From assembly GCA_964635945.1 (NCBI GenBank), contig CAZWQT010000002.1, positions 1,519 to 65,518 of the forward strand: a DNA stretch of 64,000 bases. The letters are read 5' to 3'. Of the stretch, positions 57,614 through 64,000 are shown piece after piece (positions within the stretch are counted from its first letter, which is position 1; each line of letters begins with the position of its first letter). Under the pieces are notes generated by a model. It was given only the letters and a program-made list of their open reading frames with translations. It was not told the origin of the DNA and did not search any database. The translations under genes and the position numbers were made by a program. The DNA is from an uncultured Akkermansia sp. (GTDB taxonomy: Bacteria; Verrucomicrobiota; Verrucomicrobiia; Methylacidiphilales; Verrucolacustridaceae).

Positions 57614-58189
57614 ATGAGCGACGCCGACAAGAAATCCCAGGAAAAGAAACCCGCCCCGGCCAAGGCCGAAGGGACAAAACCCGCGGCTCCGAAGGAGAAG
57701 AAACCCAAGACCGCCGGGGCAAAAGGCGGAGCCAAGGAGGCATCGGCCAAGGCGGAGCCGATTATCGCCCCGGAAAGTCTTTCCCTGGATGGCTTGGACG
57801 ATGCGGCCAAGGTCAAGATCCCCAAGATCAAAGGCGCAAAGCAGATTCACAACGGCGTGGCCCATATTCTCGCCACCTTCAACAACACCGTGGTTTCCAT
57901 CACCGACCAAAGGGGCAATGTGATCGCCTGGTCCAGCGCCGGAAAAATGGGCTTTCGGGGCTCCAAGAAGTCAACGGCCTACGTCGCCCAAGTGGTGGCT
58001 CAGGACGCCTGCCGACAAGCCATGGCTCACGGGGTCAAAGAAGTTGAAGTCCGGCTCAAGGGGCCGGGCACGGGACGCGAATCGGCGGTTCGCGCCTTGC
58101 AGGCCGTGGGCCTGGAAGTCAGCACCATTCGGGACGTGACTCCGGTGCCGTTCAACGGTTGCCGCATGCGCAAAGCCCGCCGCGTTTAA
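57614..58189 (+). CDS. rpsK: 30S ribosomal protein S11 with long K/A/P-rich N-terminus
   Basis: [26 protein letters not shown]. Confidence 0.98.
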   Translation: MSDADKKSQEKKPAPAKAEGTKPAAPKEKKPKTAGAKGGAKEASAKAEPIIAPESLSLDGLDDAAKVKIPKIKGAKQIHNGVAHILATFNNTVVSITDQRGNVIAWSSAGKMGFRGSKKSTAYVAQVVAQDACRQAMAHGVKEVEVRLKGPGTGRESAVRALQAVGLEVSTIRDVTPVPFNGCRMRKARRV

Positions 58190-58198
58190 GGAGATATT

Positions 58199-58810
58199 AT
58201 GGCCCGTTACACAGGTCCCCGGGACAAGATCAACCGCCGCTTCGGGCAGCCCATTTTCGGGGCCTCCAAGGCCTTGGAGCGCCGGAATTTCCCTCCAGGT
58301 GTACACGGGGCCAAAGGTCGTCGCAAACAGTCTGACTACGCTGTGGCGCTGGGGGAAAAGCAGAAAATGAAGTATGGCTACGGCCTGTTGGAAAAACAGT
58401 TCCGGCGTGTCTACCAAAAAGCCATGCAGAGCCGTGGGGTTACCGGTGAAAAGATGCTCCAACTTCTTGAAACCCGTTTGGATACCGTGGTTGACCGCCT
58501 GGGGTTCTCGGCGACTCGCCGGGGTGCTCGCCAGATGGTGAGCCACGGCCACATCAACGTGAACGGACGCCGGGTAAGCATCCCCAGCTACGCCTGCCGT
58601 CCCGGGGATGTGATCGAGGTGCGGGATAATCCCAAATCCCGGCAACTGGGGAGTCGGGGTCTCGAGACCACGCAGATCCGGCCCTTGCCAGACTGGATGA
58701 CGTTGAACAAAGACACTTTCAAGGGAACCCTGACCCGGGTGCCCACCCGCGAGGAATTAACGCCTGTGGCCAACGAGCAGTTGGTCGTGGAGTTATACTC
58801 GAGGTCATAA
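58199..58810 (+). CDS. rpsD: 30S ribosomal protein S4
   Basis: MARYTGP, EKQK, LETRLD, ARQMVSHGH, VVELYSR. Confidence 0.99.
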   Translation: MARYTGPRDKINRRFGQPIFGASKALERRNFPPGVHGAKGRRKQSDYAVALGEKQKMKYGYGLLEKQFRRVYQKAMQSRGVTGEKMLQLLETRLDTVVDRLGFSATRRGARQMVSHGHINVNGRRVSIPSYACRPGDVIEVRDNPKSRQLGSRGLETTQIRPLPDWMTLNKDTFKGTLTRVPTREELTPVANEQLVVELYSRS

Positions 58811-58811
58811 A

Positions 58812-58908
58812 TTTCCCGCCGCCCGCTACCGGCGGCGGAAAAAACCGCAACATCAGCTCGGCTGTCGGTCCTTTCCTCATGGTAGCGGGGAAGGGGTAAC
58901 CCGGCCGG
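58812..58908 (+). ncRNA. Candidate kissing-hairpin RNA element between rpsD and rpoA
   Basis: Two hairpins with complementary loops GCTACC (58825-58830) and GGTAGC (58881-58886). Confidence 0.5.
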
Positions 58909-58921
58909 AAAGAGACAGACT

Positions 58922-59956
58922 ATGCCACTACGACTTGGAAGATTCGAACTGCCGAACCGCCTGCAGAAGGACGAGGACGGCTCCACGGAACTGTATGGAA
59001 AATTCACGGCGGAACCCTTCGAGGCGGGCTACGGCCATACCCTCGGCAACTCCCTCCGCCGGGTGCTCCTGAGCTCCCTGGAGGGAGCCGCCATTACGAG
59101 CGTTAAAATCGCAGGGGTGCAGCATGAATTCAGCACCGTCGATCACGTGGTCGAAGACGTCACGGAAATCGTCCTGAACCTCAAAAAACTCAAATTCAAG
59201 CTGCCCAATCGGGAACCGCGCCTTCTCACCCTGAAAGTGAACAAGGAAGGCCCCGTAACGGCGGCAGACATCGAACTGGATGCCGGAATTGAAGTCCTTA
59301 ACCCGAAGGAAGTGATCTGCACCCTCGACAAGAAGGCCAAGTTTGAAGCTGAACTCGAGGTCCGGGTCGGCCGGGGCTATGCCACCTGGGAAGAGAATAA
59401 AAGGGAAGATTCCCCCATCGGCCTCATTCCGGTGGACTCCCTCTTTTCGCCCGTGAAAAAGGTAAAGTACGAGGTGAAGAACACCCGCGTCGGCCAGCGG
59501 ACGGACTACGACAAGCTAGTCCTCGAAATCTGGACTGATGGGCGTCTGACTCCTGATGAGGCTCTCCTGCACTCCGCGGGAATTCTACGTCACCACCTCG
59601 ACATCTTCGCCAACTTCGATAAGGAGCCGATCGAGTTTGAGGAGGTGAAATATGAGGCGCCGGTGGAGAACACCGCTCTAAAGAAGTTGCTGGCGATGAG
59701 TGTGAATGAGATCGAGCTCTCGGTCCGGGCGGCAAACTGCCTCAATAACGCCAACATCACCACGGTTGGCCAGTTAGCCCTCAAAAGCGAAGCTGAGATG
59801 CTGAAGTATCGCAACTTCGGCAAGAAATCACTGAACGAGATCAAGGACAAGCTGACCTCCCTCGGACTGTCGCTCGGAATGAAGTTCGATAGCGCATTGC
59901 TTGCCAGCTTGCCGCCGCCCCCGGTGGAAGCCGCGGGTGCGAACGGCCAGTCATGA
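58922..59956 (+). CDS. rpoA: RNA polymerase alpha subunit
   Basis: [43 protein letters not shown]. Confidence 0.99.
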   Translation: MPLRLGRFELPNRLQKDEDGSTELYGKFTAEPFEAGYGHTLGNSLRRVLLSSLEGAAITSVKIAGVQHEFSTVDHVVEDVTEIVLNLKKLKFKLPNREPRLLTLKVNKEGPVTAADIELDAGIEVLNPKEVICTLDKKAKFEAELEVRVGRGYATWEENKREDSPIGLIPVDSLFSPVKKVKYEVKNTRVGQRTDYDKLVLEIWTDGRLTPDEALLHSAGILRHHLDIFANFDKEPIEFEEVKYEAPVENTALKKLLAMSVNEIELSVRAANCLNNANITTVGQLALKSEAEMLKYRNFGKKSLNEIKDKLTSLGLSLGMKFDSALLASLPPPPVEAAGANGQS

Positions 59957-60402
59957 GACACCTCCGCCGTACCGTTAAACTCGGCCGGACTTCCCAGCAC
60001 CGCGACAGCATGCTGGCCAATCTGGTCGGGTCCCTGATCCGGCACGAGCGTGTGCGGACGACCGTGGCCCGGGCCAAGGCAGCCCGGCCGGTGGCGGAAA
60101 AGCTGGTGACCCTGGGAAAAAAGGGATCCTTGCATCACCGCCGTCAGGCCATTGCCGCCTTGCACGAGAACGACCTCGTCCACAAGTTGTTTGTCGAAAT
60201 TGCCCCCCGCTTCAAAAATCGGGCGGGAGGCTATACCAGGATTCTTAAGCTGGGTCCGCGGATCGGTGACGGAGCTCCCACAGCTCTTTTAGAGTGGGTG
60301 GAGCGTCCGGCACCGGAGCCTGAAGTCCCGAGTGAGGAAAAAGCGAAAGCCAAGACCGCAAAAGAATCAAAAGATAAGGCCAAACCGGCCAAGAAAAAGT
60401 AG
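59953..60402 (+). CDS. rplQ: 50S ribosomal protein L17
   Basis: [15 protein letters not shown]. Confidence 0.99.
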   Translation: MRHLRRTVKLGRTSQHRDSMLANLVGSLIRHERVRTTVARAKAARPVAEKLVTLGKKGSLHHRRQAIAALHENDLVHKLFVEIAPRFKNRAGGYTRILKLGPRIGDGAPTALLEWVERPAPEPEVPSEEKAKAKTAKESKDKAKPAKKK

Positions 60403-60415
60403 GGTCTAAAATTGG

Positions 60416-60452
60416 AAAAGCGCCGGAGGGGCCCCATCCCCCCGGCGCTTTT
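60416..60452. terminator. Bidirectional intrinsic terminator after rplQ
   Basis: AAAAGCGCCGG...CCGGCGCTTTT inverted repeat between convergent genes. Confidence 0.8.
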
Positions 60453-60740
60453 CTATGCCGAGAAACCGGCGACAAGCCGGAATAAAACCCATGCCAGGAA
60501 GGTTGCCACGATGGCAGCGAGAACGACTTTTCTTCGCGCGAGACGTCCTTCCACGCGTAGGGCGGGTTCCCGCCGCATCAAGGCGGAGGGATTGGGAGGA
60601 GGGGTGGGGGAGTGGCGGCGCGGGACCTGGGCGGATTCTTCCACGAGTCGCCTTGCCGTTTGGCCCAAACGGGATGATTCACGGTTCAGTCGGCGCAATT
60701 CTTCGTGAATAGGATCTCGCTTGAACCCTCGGAAAGCCAT
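60453..60740 (-). CDS. Small hypothetical protein with C-terminal TM helix
   Basis: Charged N-terminus plus VVLAAIVATFLAWVLF; TTGTCG-17-TGGAAT lies 6 nt before ATG 60740. Confidence 0.6.
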   Translation of the reverse strand: MAFRGFKRDPIHEELRRLNRESSRLGQTARRLVEESAQVPRRHSPTPPPNPSALMRREPALRVEGRLARRKVVLAAIVATFLAWVLFRLVAGFSA

Positions 60741-60822
60741 GAATGGATTCCATCGGATCAAAGGATTTCCGACAAGGCTTCCCTGGGCGAAAGCCCAAGG
60801 CCCATGGGAACAAATGGAGAAA

Positions 60823-61443
60823 TTATTTAAGGATCTGAAAAAGGATCAGACCCAGCAAGAGCGCCACAATCAGCGGGAGATTAAAAGCCAAACCCCGGGT
60901 AAAATTTTCCGAAAACGAGTCGCTGCCGGTGCCGGATGCGGAGGTAGCGTTATCATCGCCGGTTTCCGCGGGTTCAAGATCCCGCCCACGCAGGGCGTCC
61001 AATTTGGCCCGGGACTGGGTATAGACGGCTGAGGCCTGATCAACCTTGGCCAGTGCCCGGGAAAGCTCTTCCTCAATTGAGGAGGGGCTCCATTCCGAGG
61101 GTTCGATGGCACTGATCTCCGCCAACTGCTCGCTGAAGTTTTGTCGCGTCTCGTGCATCTGCTCAACTTCTTTGCGTCCTTGAGATTCGGCGCGCTCCAG
61201 AATCACAATCGCTCGGAGCAATCGTTCCCGGATATCTCGTTGGCCGCGCAGGAGTTCGGTGCGCCGGGTATTCAGCTCTTCCAGTTGGCGTTTGCGTGCC
61301 TCAAGGTCTGCTTGCTGGCGCTGGAGGGCGAGCAGCTGTTGTTGGCGCTGCTCCAACTCCTGTCCGATGTCTTCCATCGCCCCCCCCGACCCCATGGGCA
61401 GACCTGGCTGATCTTCGGAGGATGAGGAGCGGGTCCGGTTCAC
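60823..61443 (-). CDS. Coiled-coil protein with C-terminal membrane anchor
   Basis: Long E/Q/R/L heptad region, terminal LPLIVALLLGLILF; GTGA overlap with the upstream gene. Confidence 0.8.
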   Translation of the reverse strand: MNRTRSSSSEDQPGLPMGSGGAMEDIGQELEQRQQQLLALQRQQADLEARKRQLEELNTRRTELLRGQRDIRERLLRAIVILERAESQGRKEVEQMHETRQNFSEQLAEISAIEPSEWSPSSIEEELSRALAKVDQASAVYTQSRAKLDALRGRDLEPAETGDDNATSASGTGSDSFSENFTRGLAFNLPLIVALLLGLILFQILK

Positions 61444-62261
61444 GGAATTACAATTACGGTTCCGATTTTCAGATTACGGTCATCCAGGCCAGGATTGGCG
61501 GCCTTGATTTTGGCGATCTCCTCGTTGAGGTCGAGGGAGGCAGGGTAGTAATTTTTTGCCATCTTCCAAAGAGTATCCCCCTTGGCAACGGTATGTTGTT
61601 TGGCCCCAGCTGGGGGAACGGCGGCTTCGGCCGGTGCCGGAGGAGGAGTGGCCGCAGGCACGGCGGGCATGGCGGCAGCCTCGGCCTTGAGAGCCGTTTT
61701 CTTCTCTGAGGTTTGTGGGGTGGCAGGGACAACGGCAACAGGGGTGGCCTTGGGAGGGGCCGCGGCTCCGGCCACCTGAGAAACCTGTGCCTCTTTGGCG
61801 GCAAGGGTGCCCTGGAGTTGGGCGATCTGCTGCTTGAGGTCCACGTTCTCTTTACTGATCCGGGCAATTTCGGCGGCGTTCTGGATCCCGGTGTTGGTCA
61901 AGCTCAGGGCAAAATCGATTTTGGCTTTCTCCATCGCGGCGAGAACTTCCTCGCGCTCCGACGCGTTGGGCCGAGCCTCAAGATACTTCTGGTAAAAGTA
62001 AATAGCACTGATCGGGTCGCCAAGCTTGTCGCCGTACAGCAGCCCAATCTGGAGGTAGGCCTTGGCCACATTGGGATTCACCGTGATGGCTTTCTCAAAT
62101 TGTTTAATAGCGGCAGGGTAGTTGAGATCGGCGACATCCTTTGTGGCTTGGCGGAAGAACGGATTCCGTTCGTCTTCGGCATCGGAGCCGGGAGGAGTTT
62201 GGGAGCAGGAAGAGAGAAGAAACGCCGTGAGGATTGCGGGGAGGAAAAAGATTCGTTTCAT
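61440..62261 (-). CDS. TPR-coiled-coil-LysM lipoprotein
   Basis: Lipobox LSSC, TPR repeats (AIKQFEKAI..P; AIYFYQKYLE..P), P/A linker, LysM HTVAKGDTLWKMA..LKIGTVIVIP. Confidence 0.9.
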   Translation of the reverse strand: MKRIFFLPAILTAFLLSSCSQTPPGSDAEDERNPFFRQATKDVADLNYPAAIKQFEKAITVNPNVAKAYLQIGLLYGDKLGDPISAIYFYQKYLEARPNASEREEVLAAMEKAKIDFALSLTNTGIQNAAEIARISKENVDLKQQIAQLQGTLAAKEAQVSQVAGAAAPPKATPVAVVPATPQTSEKKTALKAEAAAMPAVPAATPPPAPAEAAVPPAGAKQHTVAKGDTLWKMAKNYYPASLDLNEEIAKIKAANPGLDDRNLKIGTVIVIP

Positions 62262-62310
62262 GGTGTTATCTTGGTCAGCCAGAGGAGATTCCGCAAGCCA
62301 AGGGTTTACC

Positions 62311-62339
62311 TTGGCTGAAAGGAAGACCTGCGATAGGGT
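62311..62339 (+). promoter_or_regulatory. Putative tRNA-Ala promoter
   Basis: TTGGCT-17 bp-TAGGGT, 9 nt before the tRNA. Confidence 0.6.
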
Positions 62340-62348
62340 ACTAATTTC

Positions 62349-62421
62349 GGGGTCATAGCTCAGTTGGTAGAGCGCCTCAATGGCATTGAGGAGGTCTGGG
62401 GTTCGAATCCCCATGGCTCCA
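62349..62421 (+). tRNA. tRNA-Ala(GGC)
   Basis: Acceptor GGGGTCA/TGGCTCC with G3:U70, anticodon arm CCTCA-ATGGCAT-TGAGG, GGTTCGAAT; CCA not encoded. Confidence 0.97.
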
Positions 62422-62601
62422 GACGAAGTCTGGAGCGTAAAGACAATCTGCCGGAGGCGTACTTGGGATGGGTCGGGGCTGGTTTGAGGGGGGCCAATCC
62501 CCATGGCTCCAGACGAAGTCTGGAGCATAAAGACATTCTGCCGGAGGCGTACTTGGGATGGGTCGGGGCCGGCTTGAGGGGGGGGCCATCTCCATGGCTC
62601 C
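62406..62601 (+). repeat. About 90-bp tandem repeat (two units plus a partial third) starting in the tRNA-Ala 3' end
   Basis: AATCCCCATGGCTCCAGACGAAGTCTGGAGC... at 62406 and 62496; degenerate ATCTCCATGGCTCC at 62588. Confidence 0.92.
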
Positions 62602-62653
62602 TCATTTACATCGTTCCTGTTACCATCCCTTTGTGGTGCCAACTCTGCCATCC

Positions 62654-63481
62654 ATGAAGGGAAAGACAGTCCTCATTACCGGGGCCACCCGTGGCATCGG
62701 TCGAGCCGGGGCGGAGGCCATGGCCGAACTGGGCGCCGCTTTAATTTTGGTGGGCCGCGATGAGGGACGGCTGCAAGGGGTTCGAGCGAGCTGTGAGGCG
62801 AAGGGATCTTCCGTTGTCCGCATCTATCAGGCGGACCTTGGATTACGGAAGCAGGTGGCTGATTTGGCGCATCGGATCAGCGCGTATGAGTCCGGGGTCG
62901 ATGTTCTCTGGAATAATGCGGGAGGATATTTTGCGGAACGCAAGATGACCCCGGAGGGGTATGAAATGACCTGGGCCATGAACCATTTGGCTTACTTTGA
63001 CTTCACACAGCTTCTCTTTCCCTTGCTGGAGAAGTCGGAAGATCCAAGGGTCTTGTGCACGGCATCGGAAGCCCATCGTTGGGGCAAGATGGAGTGGGAT
63101 AATTTGCAAGGGGAGAAAAAATGGGACGGGTGGAAGGCCTACTGCAATTCCAAGCTGGCTAACCTGCTGTACGTGGAAGAGCAGGCTAGACGGTTGAAAC
63201 ATTCCAGCACTCGGATTTGTGCTGTCCATCCTGGCCTGGTGAATTCGGCCTTTGGTGATGAGAACCATGGGCTTCGGGCCCGGGCGTTTCTCTGGCTGAA
63301 ACGGTCCTTTGGGCGAGCCAACGAACAAGGGGCCGATACCGCTGTTTGGCTAGCGTCCCGATCCGAGCGGCCCGGTCAAGGGGGCTATTATTCCAATCGC
63401 GCGGGGAAGACGCCTTCGGTGGCGGCTAGGAACCAGGAGGATGCCCGGCGGCTCTGGCAGATCAGCGAGGCCGGGCCATGA
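62654..63481 (+). CDS. Short-chain dehydrogenase/reductase (retinol-DH-like)
   Basis: TGATRGIG, NNAG, MNHL, YCNSK (YxxxK), HPGLV. Confidence 0.93.
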   Translation: MKGKTVLITGATRGIGRAGAEAMAELGAALILVGRDEGRLQGVRASCEAKGSSVVRIYQADLGLRKQVADLAHRISAYESGVDVLWNNAGGYFAERKMTPEGYEMTWAMNHLAYFDFTQLLFPLLEKSEDPRVLCTASEAHRWGKMEWDNLQGEKKWDGWKAYCNSKLANLLYVEEQARRLKHSSTRICAVHPGLVNSAFGDENHGLRARAFLWLKRSFGRANEQGADTAVWLASRSERPGQGGYYSNRAGKTPSVAARNQEDARRLWQISEAGP

Positions 63482-64000
63482 AGCTGAAAATCGGCTCGTT
63501 GGAACTGGCCACCAACCTTTGCCTCTCGCCCTTAGCGGGATATACCAACCTGCCTTTCCGGCAAGTGGTCCGGGAGTTGGGAGGATGCGGGTTGGCCACC
63601 ACGGACCTCGTCAATGCCCGATCGCTTTTGGAGAATAACCGCCGGGCGCTGGAGTTGGTGGCCACTTCGCCGGATGATCGCCCCTGGGCGGTGCAGTTGT
63701 TTGGGGCGGTGGCCTCCGAGATGCGGGATGCGGCCAAAAAATGTGAGGATCTGGGCGCGAATGCCGTGGATATCAACATGGGTTGTCCGGTGCGGAAAGT
63801 GTGCAAGGTGGGGGGAGGGTCGGCCATGATGACCGAACTGGCCAAAACGGCCGAGCTGGTGCGGGGAATGGTCGCGGCGGTGAAGATTCCCGTGACGGCA
63901 AAAATGCGTCTGGGTTGGGATGAGCGAAATCTGACCGCCCCCCATCTGGCTCGGGCGCTGGAGGAGGCAGGTGTCGCCGCTGTCTTTGTGCATGGTCGGA
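63478..64000 (+). CDS. dusB: tRNA-dihydrouridine synthase (3' partial)
   Basis: Manual translation MKLKIG..LSPLAGYTNLPFR..VQLFG..DINMGCPVRKV..GSAMM..PVTAKMRLGWD..VHGR. Confidence 0.93.
   Translation, partial: MKLKIGSLELATNLCLSPLAGYTNLPFRQVVRELGGCGLATTDLVNARSLLENNRRALELVATSPDDRPWAVQLFGAVASEMRDAAKKCEDLGANAVDINMGCPVRKVCKVGGGSAMMTELAKTAELVRGMVAAVKIPVTAKMRLGWDERNLTAPHLARALEEAGVAAVFVHGR

Noticed and set aside
62406-62601. Possible CRISPR array
   Set aside because: The intervening sequences are nearly identical rather than unique spacers, the repeat is the tRNA 3' end, and no cas genes are present.
62262-62651. 130-aa N-terminal extension of the LysM ORF in the ORF track
   Set aside because: It runs antisense through tRNA-Ala and its repeats; the lipoprotein signal and a promoter point to ATG 62261.

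Overview
GC-rich core-genome window of a bacterium, most likely Verrucomicrobiota (inferred from the tRNA-Thr-tuf-tRNA-Trp-secE order, fusA followed directly by rpsJ, no rpmD/adk in the spc region, and a long SecY). Bases 1-29 kb hold housekeeping and accessory genes: priA (partial), metG, a sulfurtransferase, two tandem secreted GH13 enzymes, an HpsJ-like membrane protein, LysR-Fur-tig-clpP-clpX, a yggS-mpg operon, parB-mutL-nifS-like-mrp, and pyrR-pyrB-pyrC-carA. Bases 29-60.4 kb are the tuf/rpoBC/str/S10/spc/alpha supercluster. The end holds an envelope gene trio, tRNA-Ala with 90-bp tandem repeats, an SDR and dusB (partial). No mobile element or CRISPR array is seen. Best leads: (1) a NifS/IscS homolog whose PLP Schiff-base Lys is replaced by Arg, next to an Mrp/ApbC lacking its cluster-binding cysteines; (2) a secreted non-ribosomal gene translationally coupled between rpsS and rplV; (3) several unannotated structured RNAs, including a kissing-loop pair before rpoA; (4) zinc-free S14, L36, S4 and MetRS. 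All calls come from manual motif reading; no database search was run.
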